Below are positions 1-12,803 of a stretch of 64,000 nucleotides of DNA, in pieces. The notes under the pieces were generated by a model, which worked only from the letters and a program-made list of their open reading frames with translations, was not told the DNA's origin and searched no databases. Position 1 is the stretch's first letter. The number at the start of each line of letters is the position of its first letter. This DNA comes from Podarcis gaigeae (taxonomy: Eukaryota): assembly GCA_964106915.2 (NCBI GenBank), contig OZ066915.1, one strand, 5' to 3'. The position numbers and the translations under genes are program-made.

Positions 1-3000
1 TGGTTGCAGAAATAGCAAGACTCTGTTGTTTTTGCATGGTTTCTATTCTTAGAGCTGAGGACTTAATTTTAAAAATACACCTCTTGTATATAGTTTATCC
101 TTTGACATTTCAGGCTTCATCGCTGAATCATGAATGTTCCGTATAGTGTTTGTCAGAGAAGTAACTATAGGCTATGAGTGCATCTGTTATATAGGTAGTT
201 TGCTGTCAAGTTAATGCACCTGATCAATAAAACAGTTGCAAGAGTGATTATTGAAATAATTCTTTGTGGGGTGGATAAGTCCTAAAAAAACTGAGCAGCT
301 GAAATGGAATCCCCTTTTTTTTACCATATGGCAATAGCATTATGTTTTCAGTACACAAGTATTGTATCCTAAAACTGGACTATCGGAAAATATGCCTATG
401 GCTTTGTGAAATTTCTCCGTTCAATAGGAATGCATCTGTTAAAAAAAATAAAATAGTCCACTGGGATTTACAGTTTTCTTACAAAATGTGGAGCTGATCT
501 CCTCCAGCAAGGGCAATAGATTTTGGTAGATTATAAGTCATTACTAAAAATAGATATACACTCGCTTCAGACATTGGCCTATGCTGTTCAAATGAGGCCA
601 TATGTTATCAGGAAAGAGGCTGTGTGCTTAAAATGTATTGGGAATTTGTCTCCAGTTTCTGAAGGTTAATTACTATTAAAAACAGCCAGCCATGTAATCA
701 GTGAAAATCTGGACAATGGCAATTTTATTTTTTATTTTGGAATTTGTGATTAAGCTTGATGGGTTTAATTTTTTTTTATAAAGAGGATTTTGAAACCTAA
801 GGATTCATGGGTGGTGTGTGAAAAAGCAAAGATTGCAAATTTTTTGTTGCATTTCTAGGCATGGTATAAGCAAAAAACATGGTGTGACCTAGTTTTGTTG
901 TAATTTGGGATAGGAAAACCGGTAGATCAGAAGAAACCTATACTTGACTTAAATACAGTCTTAAAGATCTAAATATATTTTATAATCTAGTTATACTGCA
1001 CAGAGAAGTGGAAGTTCTTGTATTATCTTGCATGCAGTTCTCTGGTAAAAATACTATCATTAATGAGACTTTTTAGTTCATGCTGTATAGCCAGAAGTCT
1101 TGAAATAATTTTTCAGACTGGAAGTGTATAAAAGGCTCGTGTAGAAGACCAAATTTAACCTTGGAAACCATTAGCACTAGCACTGTCACTGCAGCAAGCT
1201 CTGACTTCCTGTTTAATTCATTCTGTACCGTGACAACGTAGCTACACTGTGACAGAATAAGACCGTGTCCTGTAGTTAAGGCCTCAAATCTATGAATGTC
1301 AGAGATGGAAATTTTCTGTTGGTGTACTGGCACACCATTTTTGGGTTGCTGCTCTTGGGGCTATGGTCTGTATCTTGACACATGCTTTTCTTGTATTGTA
1401 TTGTGGTCAAAATAATTTGTGGCAGTAGGTTGTTGTCTGATTACTTAAGCAGTAAACAGAAGGCCATGGCAAGACCAAGTCTGATGTTTTCTTGTGCCTA
1501 GCAAAAGAAAGGTATTTTAATGAAATGGTTTCCAGTTTGTCACTGCTTGAGTTCTGTGATGAGCAAGACAAGAGCAGGACTTCAAAAGAAGAACCTAGCA
1601 CTCAAGCAAATCCTCTTATGAATTTTAAAATAATCTTGGACATTTACCTTTTCTAGTATAAAATCCATAATGCTTTTTTTCTTTGCACAAATAACTAAAA
1701 AATAAATGAGTTGGCCCTCTTTGTTCAAGTAAGCATGCAAGGTATATGCAATTCAAAACAAAATGTGCAATATAAAGTGTGTTTGCAAAGCTTTACATAA
1801 ACGAAAGGCCCTAAATGCATCAAATCAGGGCTGTCTCTGGACCTATAATTGCCAGAATCTTCTTGGGCCCATGTTTAGTATCACTACACACAAACTATCT
1901 TGGCAGCTATAACAAAATGGCTTAAATAGATGGCAGTGTTACTTGATCGTGACTAACCCATTCACTGGGTGACCTCTTGCTATTTTAACATATCCATACA
2001 CAAGTAGCTTCCTAATATAAGTCGGCTCTTTTATAAAGAGGGGTTTTGCAATGTTTATATAAATACAATAAGTGCAGAATCTCTTTTTAGTCTCATCTGG
2101 ATGCCTTTTGAAATACAAAATCCATATCCTTGAGGGATTTTCTCTTATAGCGAAAGATCCTCTGTTAGAAGTATAGAGCTGGCTTTCTTTTTGAAGAATG
2201 TTGGCTTTAATGTTTATGTAGATATTTTACAGGAACATAGTTTAATTATATATATTCACCTATACTGCAGTTCATCATGACATTATGTATAAATCTAGGG
2301 TACTGTAAACAGGAGGATGGTAACTGGCTGTTAACATGCACTCTGGGTAATAGTCCAGTGGTCAGAGTGTTAGACTCGGGTCTCTTAATTATAAGCACAT
2401 ATGCCTAAATTCTTCTGCCACAAATTAGGAATAAGGATTTGATGCTTTAAGGGCACTTGAGAACAAATCAAATTCTACCTACCTTGAACAGTATAGCAGT
2501 ACATAAGGACCAAGTGCTTGACTGTTGATATTAATGTGATGCCAAAATGTATGTCCGGTGACATAATCCAGTCCTGCCCCTAGTAACAGCTGTTGGCACT
2601 GCTGCATCACTGTTTTCCTGGATAGGATGCTGCATTGCTGTATGAGAGTTCCCGTACTGTGCTGCTGGGGAGGAGATCGGAACACAACCAGTTCCACAAT
2701 GCAGCATTTTTGAACTTTGGAGGGATTCCTGGAAGTGTGAAAGCTCATACAATGTATGCAACTAATTATGATTCTTGGGGATATCCCTGGTTGGATATCA
2801 AGGATATCCCTAGTGCCATCTTATTAGGGTAGGACGCCATTATGTCTGCAGCAGTGTAAAGCAACGTTTGGTCTGCTTCAACTGAAGCGGACCTATAGAC
2901 TCGGGTTGCAAATAAATGTGCCCAGACACTTTTAAGCAGATATGCAGGTTATTTCTCAGCTATAGCCAGTACCAGTACCAATTCTCCCCTAATGAATAGA

Positions 3001-6000
3001 TACGCAGGCGGGTGGGGGGGAGGGCGGGTAGCAGCTGGACGTGGATGGGCTGGCTTTCCTGCTTGTCTATCTGCCCACATGGTGGTGGTTAAAGGTCTGT
3101 AAAATAGTGTGAATTGTCCTTCTGTGGTTTCTCAACCAAAAAATACAACATAGAGCAATATGAGCTGTGCTTTTGGTTCACTGTTATCTTAGTTCTGGTC
3201 TCTAAAGACACAAAGGGAGAAGAAAGCTGCACACAGAGCCAGTGTAACCTGCAGTGCAGTTTGAATCCAGAAATGCAGCACAGAGCAATATAGTGAGTGC
3301 ATGTGGCTCTCTCCCTTTTGCCAGCAGTCTTTTAAACTATAAAGGGTATGCATGCATTTGACATGCCAGTGCATAGTATTTCTGGCCTGGTAGAATGGGA
3401 GATTACTTGTGGCAATGGGAGATTACTTACGTTGTTAGGCCTGCTTCAAATGCTGGAGCTTGGTCTTGCAAAAACACAGTGGTGGATAATAGACAGAAAG
3501 GTAAGTGATTGCTCTGTATTTGTTTGTAAGCATGCTGTAAAAGCAAAGACATCATTATGGTTGTAGAAATAACATCCTGGCTAGAATAGTGTTGACTAGA
3601 TTCTGTAATATGACCTGCTTGTAATTCTCAAAATACAATGCAGCTGTCAATGCAATATACTTTTACTGAGAAAATGTATGCAAAGCACTTTGAACATTTG
3701 AAAATGCTAGATAAACCATGTGAAAAAGCAGGATATAATTAATAATATAATACTACATGCCATCTCTTTGCAATATTTCCTTTTTTAAGAAAGGCACACA
3801 AGATCATACCATTTAGCAGAAAATGGAGGCTGAGTGATTCAACTAAAGATTAATTTTCATATTAATTTAAAAACTTTTTTAAATCCTATGAGTGTAGTGT
3901 TAGCTTATTATTCATTGAAGAACAAGAAGTTATTCTTAAATAGAACTTTATCTTGCATAATAAGGCAACTATTTGGACATCTGAGAAAAAAGTTGGCAAT
4001 GGTGTGTTATTTTTTTGGATGTTTCACTGAACTAAGCAGAGCTTATTTCTGAGTATAAGATTGCACTCCTGGTGTCTTATTGTCTTTTAAAGATCTCATT
4101 GTCTTATTTTCCATTGTGTCACTGTTTGAAGTCAGCGGTATAATAGACTTGGTCATAGTAACTGCTTTTTGCTGATGCTCTGCCCTCATGTTTACAAAGA
4201 TTTTCTTCTGTATACTTCTTCATAAAAGTGGGACACCTTGCCTGTTTAGCAATAAAGAAGGTTAAGGTTGAGATAGGAAGATATATTATTGATGACAGAA
4301 AGAATGCAATTCTATATACTTAGCTTACATTAGAGCAGACTATTGAAATACCTTGAATCTATTAACTGAAAATACTTCTGTTAAACATACTCACAGACTT
4401 CTTGCTGTTAAGACATTTCAAACAAAAGTTCAGATTCTGATCTTTTCCCTGGGTAACTCCACTGAAATCTGTAGGGCTGCTTTCACACAAGTGGTTTCTC
4501 AACAGCTAGCAAAGTGTTGATGGTTTTCTCCTGCTGTGGCTATTTATGATAAAATCTCATAATTTGAATCAAGAGTTGTAAAAACAGATTTAGAATTTTT
4601 ATCTCATTTGGTCTTAATTTCCCTATCCTTGAATCACTTCCTGGCACCAGGGTGTTCAAGTGGCCTTTATAAGGAAGTTTTGGAATGATTCTCATATTCA
4701 TGTAAATAAACAAGTTACTCTGATGGACAGCAAGGAGCTAGGAGGACAACAGGGGACAGCATTTGTTTTATACACTTCCCAAACAGGCCCAAATTGGATT
4801 CAGTACATTTAACAAACAAACAAAAAACAACTGGCTATACATGTGCAAGATTTACCTAGAACCAGACTGGGAGAACATGAACAAGTCACTCCAACTCATA
4901 AAACTCAAAAGTTGTTCAGCAAGAGTCAGACGGTTTTGCTTAAGCAATAAAGGCTTTTGCAATATTTTCCCTCTCCTTTAATATAGCCAAAACTTCAGTG
5001 CATTTAAGAACCTCTATTTAAAATCATGTCATTGAAAGAGCTGTGGAAGGAAGGTAGAACATAATGATAGAGACAAGGTACCAACCATGGCGAGAGGGGC
5101 TGAAGCAGTCTTTCTGGTCTGTAAAATGAAATATTTATATTCCTTTTGCTCCTCTCCTTGTCCTGCATTTTTCAGAGTGGTAGACATGAGTGAGGAAGAA
5201 CCACTTATCTGGGATACCTCTTAGGTGATTATTTAAATAATAGTTTTTAGATAAGTTTCAGAAATCCAAGACTTGTTTTTAAATTCAGGTGTGTTTATAT
5301 GTACAGGAGCAGTGCATAAAAGATGATGAGTTAACATTTGCTTATTCTTTAAACAATGCTTCAATTAAATTGCTTACATCATCAGCAAACCTTGTTACTG
5401 AAGCCTTAATCTTCAAAGAACTCTCACTTTAAAAGACACACCACAGCCTTTGCTACAAGCAAGTTTGTCACACCCAGACAGGCTTTTGATTCTACACTGT
5501 TTGGCATTCATGTTGGCAATTTATGGATTAGATTGCCTCACCCTGGGAAACACAATATAGAAACATTCAGCAGTAACTATCAGGTGATATGGGTGCAAAC
5601 TGTGACACATCGTGACCCTTAGTCTGTGTGTATGCATGTTCTACCGAGTAAGAGTAGAATGAAATCGTACAAGCATAGGGACGCCATATGGTGCAAGGGG
5701 TTACACAAAAAGTAGATGTCATAATTTTATGTTCTTCTTGCACCAGTGAATTTTTATACAACTGCAGAATTACAGGGGTCCAGAATCCTTACCATATGTG
5801 ACATCCTAATAGTGACTATTTTAAAAAACTTTTAGAGACATTATTTGTCTATTTGGCTAAAAATGGAGAGATTCAGAGAGTAGAGCCTGTGGATTTCATT
5901 AAGGGCCACCCAACCCTCCCATCAAATGAGCACTGGAAGGGATCTCCCATTTTAAGTATTGCTGTGCTTGTGGAACACAGATGATGACAGGTTTAGTTTT

Positions 6001-9000
6001 GAAAGTGCAAGCACTCTGCCTGAATCCAGAGCAAGATTTCACTGCCTACTGCAGGAAAAATTGCTGAAGTTCTAAAGTTGTGTTTGCACCAAAGCTTCTT
6101 GAAAGCAGAGATGTGCCATAATTATTTGTGACTCTTATTTCTAATATGTTCAAGAGTATCACGATGCATGCTCTGTATGCAGCAAACCTCAGGAGTATGC
6201 AGTCTTTAATAGTGCTTTCAGGTTTTTTCTCTTTTAAAGAGAGCCTTTCTGTCGTCTGAAGTATGATTCAAGCTGGTGTGTGTGTGTGTGTGCGCGCGCG
6301 CATGTGTGCGCACACACACACAATTTTAAAATGGAAATTATGGATTGGTACCAGTGTGTGGAGCAAGAACTCCTGCAAATTTGGCTCAGTTGTGCAATCT
6401 CTGCATTAAAATATGTCCCCTTGTCCTTTTGGAGGCTGATAAGCAATGGCACATGTTTCAAAATGATTTCAACCTTGAGGAAAGACACCAACCATTTTTT
6501 TCTCTTTCAAATGAAGTTATAGCACAGTGCAGAATATTAACTGACATCCTTTAGTGTATATTAAGCAAATATCTGATGATTACTACCATCAGTGTTTAGT
6601 TTTACAAAAATCTTTTTTAAACCGTGAGGTTTAATTAATTACTTAGAAGTGTCTTGCATCTTGACTAAATGTACAAAATGCATGATGATACTGGTATGTC
6701 TCTGAGAAACAGCTGCTATTTCCTTATCGGTTGGCAGCCTTCTATTCTTTAGTGGTAGAAAGCAGTTATTTAGTAATGTAATCTTTATTAGTCAGGCTCT
6801 TATTGGCACAATTACTTGCTTGTTCTTTGTAGACTTTCCAATTCAGTATCCTTTGAACCACCTGTTAAAGCAACACTACAGATACATTATAGCAAACTGC
6901 AGTAAATAAACACAAGTGTTCATGCTTTATTGTGCTGGTCACCTGTTTACTTATTTATTATGCCCATATAGTCATCAGACTTGATTAATTCATTCATATA
7001 GGTATTTTGAGGTTAGCACAGTGACTTGATGTGGTGTCCAATGGGATATTGGTGGAGGGCAATGGCTATTGTTTTCATCCCCCCCCAATAGAGCCAATTT
7101 GTGTTTATTTTAAAGGGAAGCTATGCAACCACTCCTCATATTTGACAAACATTGCATCTGTTTTTGTACTTCCCCATCCACGCCAGAATACAAACAACCC
7201 CAGAAGAAATGGTCCTTTGGATGGAGAAAACTGGCTTAGTTTCCAGGGGACCTGGGCAAGAGCACACTGTTCCTATTATATAGAAAAAGAAGTAAGAGCC
7301 ATGTTGTATGGTAACCCTCTTGTACTGTACCGCTTCAGAATGAACACGTGAAGCTCTGCATTGGCATATTAAGTCCTATCTACTCCAGCTAGCAACATCT
7401 CTCCTAGGGTTAAAAAAAATGGTGCTCTACCCCTGAGCACCCCTCCCGCAATGAAGCAAACATTTGCTTCACAGAGATAAATGGATTTTGTTTTTGAGTG
7501 TTAAAACGTGAGACAGAAAGTAGAATTGCAACCGACTTGCACATTCTTCTTTGTACCCTTAGTGGTTGATTTTGAGTTTTTTTGTTTTGTTTTATTCCTT
7601 CCTTGTACCTCTAGTGAAACTGTTTGATAGCCAGTTAACACGATTAAGCATGGTTTTGCCAAATCACAAATCATTTTCTGCGCTAGGCATGGGACAAGTG
7701 GAAGTGTGGATGAGGCTTTAGGCTCCTAGTTGCATGCTTATCTTCAGACATACTCCTTCTAGTACTTCTAATAGCAGGGACTATGTTGCTTCACACTTGC
7801 AAAGGATGGGTCCATCCATATGCAGAGTGAGTGGTCATCCTTTGCAAGTGTGAAGCAACATTTCTTGAATTGGGTAGCAGGGACATACTATATTCTATTT
7901 CTTCTTGGCCATAAGGCATGTTTTATTTCAGAACTGTGCATATGGCAGCTTAATACATTTTTCCTATAAAGCTATCCTGGCTTAAATTTCAAGATATTGA
8001 TTAAATATGAAGAATCCTCCTTGAAAGATGTTAAGTGATCTGCCTATACAGAATGTTAAGAAATTGTTATGGAAGAATACCAGTAACTCTAGACATGTCA
8101 GTCTCCCTTTGACAAGAAAAGAAAATAGGTTGAGATCTTCCTAGAGGTGGGAGTGGCAGAATAGTTCAGACTATGATGAGATTATGTGCTGTAAATTACA
8201 TAAGAAGGAACAGTGTGAAGTCAAAAGTCTGTAAAAATAGACAGTGCCCTATTAGTTTTCCTGTAAGTCATGTAGAGGGAACCTGCACAGCACCCATCTT
8301 CTTACCCAGTCATATCCATATGTAAGTTAGGTTTGGTAAAAGGCTGCTGAGTTCATCTCATAGGAGTTTCTTGTATCTCCTAAGAATGGTCAGACTCTCA
8401 TTGGTTTTTAAGTATATGTCTGCTGAAACAAGATGTAAGTAATGCTCACTTGTCAAAGCTATGCTTTCCTGGATCTCCCTGTGTTTTTACACAGTGACTT
8501 GAATGTCTTCATAACTTTTCTTGATACATGAATACAGATACTGTTGCAAGATGTGGCAGGTCTAAAACTGGCATCACACCTACTTGATGCACACAACTCA
8601 TTAATTATGACAACTGGATGACTAATTCCAAAGAGCTTCAAACCTTTCCTTGATGATCTGTTCTAATGCTTGATGTTCAAAATTAAATAGGTAATTTTTT
8701 ACTCAATCACGTGAGTTTTGGCTGGGGCAGAAACTTGCAAGTGCTGTCATTTTGAAACTATTGTCAGTACCCTGGTTATATTAAATGGGAGGATAATGTC
8801 TGTCTCAGCCATGAGCTCTGCTGACCCATAGCAGAACCCATGAGTTCTCCACTGTACTTAGCATATATGATAAGAGTAAGTAGCGTTTTAACTAAAATGG
8901 AAAATGAGCACTCTAAAAATGTTCTTAAAAATTATGCATTGCCTTGGAATGTGGACCATGCTTTTATAGTCTCTCTGTTGTTTTGTGAGATAACTTGTTG

Positions 9001-12000
9001 CCTTTTTTTTTTTTTACCATGGGTGAACTAAGGTTATCTTTCCTGGTTGAGAAGATGGAACCTGTGTAGGCTCCTCCATTTGAGTGACAGGTATTAGGGA
9101 CCAATAGAGCTCTCCTCTATTTTTCACAAGTTTTTGACTTCCTTTTGTTCCTTCTTTCTGACTTTAGAACATGCTGATCACAGTCTAGTCAATGTCCAAA
9201 ATTGTACACTAAGCCACATTACCTTCTCTAATGGGAACATAAGCGTTGATGTTCCATTGGCTTGCTTTCCAGCTATGAATTCACTTTTAAATATGAACAT
9301 ATCTAAAGGAAATGACCTCCTTGTCTGTTAGGATCCTGTAATGCTAAAAATATGTTTAGCTTTATTCACCATTGGACTTTCCCAAAACTTTCCTTATACG
9401 CAATTGCAGTATATTGGCCTGTGTGCATGTTTCTTCTATGGCTTTAAAAAACAACAACTTTGGCATCATTGAACTTGCCCATAAAGGGCCTAGTGATTAA
9501 CTTGCAAAACACAAGTTAATCTCTCTAGATAACCTGAAATATTGTATTTCTTCTGGAAGTTGTTGCTATGAGATGAGAGCAAAAGAATGTGTGTATAAAA
9601 TAAGATAAATTCTTTTTACTTTAAGGTAGGCTATTTCAATCTGGGGTTTTAGCCTGCTTTGGGACTGGAAACAGCCTTTATCACTTTTGTGGATTATTTA
9701 CATCAGAAGATGGAAGGTGGACTGTGTTCCTGTTGGTTCCTCTGGACTTTTCAGTCACAATCAGTACCATTGACCAAGGGGGTAGGGCTTGGGTGCACTG
9801 TTAAGTAGGCTCTGCTTATTCCTTCTGAGACACGGCTCAGAAAATGATGCTGGGGCAGGTACTGTTCCTCCCTGTGGTGAGTTGCCTGCAGGGTTCTTTC
9901 CTTGTTCTGCTTAAGCATCTACATAAAAGCTCTGGGTGAACGGACACAGTTGAAGCTGAAGCTGGAAATCTCCAATTTTGAGATCTGGGCTATATAGTCA
10001 TCAGTGTGCAGATACATAGACTTTTCTCATTTTCATCTGATCCTAGGGAGACAGTAAGGAAATAAGGTGGTAAGAAATTGAGATGGATATGCATTTTAAA
10101 CTCGAAAACTGTGTATACTAGCAAAGCTCAGCATCAGCAAAGTCTGTTGCTTCAAGCATTGACAACAATTTACTTTTCATCTTTTCCCTTGTTGGTGAGT
10201 AAAGCAAGTTTTGATGGAGAATTATATTTTTAAAATATAATTCTACTATAGGATTGCCATGCTTTTATTACTTACCTGGCCTCTTGAAAATGGGTGTAAG
10301 AGATGAGCTGGTATTTAACTTGGCATGTCTCTACTGACTTTGGAAAATTACAGCTTGACCTCAAGGTTAGGGAGCAAAGAACTGCAAGCAGGGCTCGTCT
10401 GCATAGTTAAAGCCTTGTTGATAATCCCATGTCCCGAGTAGATTCACAATAACTGTACTTTCTTTTAGGGCAGAAACATTTTTTAAATTTTTTTTTAAGG
10501 TACGTGAGTTTAAATAGACTATCTGGGACTAATGTTATACCCATTAAAACAACAATGAGAAATTTGAAATATAAAACAGTGAGCACATCTTAGCAGGCAC
10601 GCCAACTCTTTGTTGGATATTGTTGAGGGGGCCTGGTGCATGTCACACGCATGTGATGTCATGCATGCTGCACTTTGCAGCACCAGTGGCTGGCTCCTCC
10701 AGAGTGCTCTGACTCCTCCAGATTGACACAACGTTGAACATTCTGTTTAGTTGGGTATTTGTTGTTTCGGTCAAGAGTGAACTATGAAAGTACTTGCTAA
10801 GGGATGGTTTTGGCTATTGTATGTGAGAAATACTTGGGAAGTTTGTTGCAGATGACAACATGGCAATGCCTTCACTGCAAGTCATTGTGCCTCAGTTAAA
10901 TATCTATGTACCGTAAATTCCAATGTTGGTCTCACTACACTGAATGGAATTTCAATGTATGCAGTACTCTTGTTATCTGTAACACTAGGTAATGTGGAAT
11001 ACCAATATTTGAAGTAAGTAGAATTCCAAGACTTGCAGTTTTTATTGAACTGCATCTGACCAGAAACTACTGCTAACTGTATAGCACAGAGCAAATGACA
11101 TTATGTACTGCACTGCTGCATTTCAAGTAAATAGATGAGCTCTTTGGGCTTTAAATGCTAGGAGGATGGTTTTGAGATTATGGTCATAAAAAGTTGTTTG
11201 TAATATTTAAAAATGCTTCAGATTTTAAAAGAATTATTTATACCTTTGTATAACATGCGGGGGGGGATACAAGCATCAATATATCCTATCAGTAGAGTAA
11301 AAAAATAAAAGAAAAAGATAAGAAATGTAGGAGAGTAAAAATTTAGCTCAATGAGAATGTTTCCCACTTGGACTATTTCACCACTTCATTTATATCAATA
11401 TGAGTGTTTGGAAATACATAACTAGTTATGTTTTACTCTAATTGCATAAAGAACTAAATATAATTGTTTTATGAAACTACTTTTACTGAGGCTTGAAGTC
11501 TGTGGTTTTAAATCAGCATTTGACGTGTCAAGCTGATGAAATCTGGCAAGCATGGCCTTGCATCAGATAGGGTTATATTTTTATTATTTTGTTTATCATT
11601 CTCATATTGTGATTCTACCCTCCCAACAGGACTGGTGGTAGCTCTTGACTGACTTAAATTTGCTTCAATATATTTTGGATATTTAAACTGCATTTCCATC
11701 CTGAGTGTGCTTAAGGTAGTTTACAACAACCTAACAAAATACACAGCAAAAAATCAATGCAAAGTATCAATATAATTACATACAGTGACAGCAAAACTAT
11801 CCATGTTGAGACTTGAGAACTAAAATGTATTCTAAAATAAGTAAGTGTTCAGTTGACAGCTAACACCATATGATGTAGCCTTGGAGGCCTCCCAAAAAAA
11901 GTATTCCAGAGCTGCCATACTACACTGGAAAATTCCCATTTTGGGTATACGTATCTAATTATCCATGGAAAGGTAGCCTATTGGAGATCCCTAAGAGTAG

Positions 12001-12721
12001 TGGGATTTTATATGAGAGAAAGTGTTGTCTAAAACACACAAGATATTTAAGGTCATCATTTAGTGACAGTGAATTCTGAAATGCTTTTCACTAGGTCTTG
12101 ATTTGCCTTAAGTACTGAAAAAAAACCTTTTTGGATATTTTTTAAAATATGAGGTTGTTTTGAACTGCATTATTTGTAGAACTGATTTTGCCTTACTTAT
12201 TGTGTATTTGATATGATTGTATTGATCAAAATGCTGTTCACTTGTTTTTAATGCTTCGTTATTGTGAGCCATTTTGAGCTCAACTTCGTTGCAAAAGTGG
12301 CATGCAAATATTAAATCAAACTAAATTGCGTTAAAGCAATCTTTATGCTACAAATGAAAAATATTTACTCAAATGATGCAGACATTATATATTCTGTATC
12401 TTGTTTCTTGGTAGCAGTACCTCTGAATTAGGTTCAGATAACCTTCACTTCCTAACTTGAAGTTACAGTACTTTTGTTTCAAAATTATTGTGCTCCAAGG
12501 GACTGATCCAGTGTATACCCACTTAACTTCAGAAAATGCTGCAGCCTCCAGTGCTTACAAACTGTTCTCCAAACCATTAATAGTTTGCTTTGCTCTAATC
12601 AATATAAGCTGATTCTGAGTATTTTATTAAATTGCTGCTTTAAAAAAATCTGTTTTGAAAAGGTTTCCGGGTAGTTCTTAGTAGCATTCTCTTTAAACTG
12701 GTATTTGTGTTTTACTTGCAG

Positions 12722-12803
12722 GATCGCACAAGAACTTTTGACATGCATTCACTGGAGAACTCGCTAATTGACATAATGAGAGCTGAAAGTGATTCACTGA
12801 AAG
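12722..12803 (+). CDS. CPEB4: CPEB4 exon 2 (DRTRTFDMHSLENSLIDIMRAESDSLK-G)
   Basis: Acceptor ttttacttgcag|GATCGC and donor AAAG|gtaaac; 82 nt, phase 0 to 1. Translation matches the conserved CPEB2/3/4 'MHSLENSLIDIMRAE' motif. Confidence 0.95.

Noticed and set aside
2770-2815. gggatatcc palindromic cluster
   Set aside because: Most likely the centre of an old, decayed palindromic MITE. Termini and TSD could not be defined, so it is not listed as a feature.
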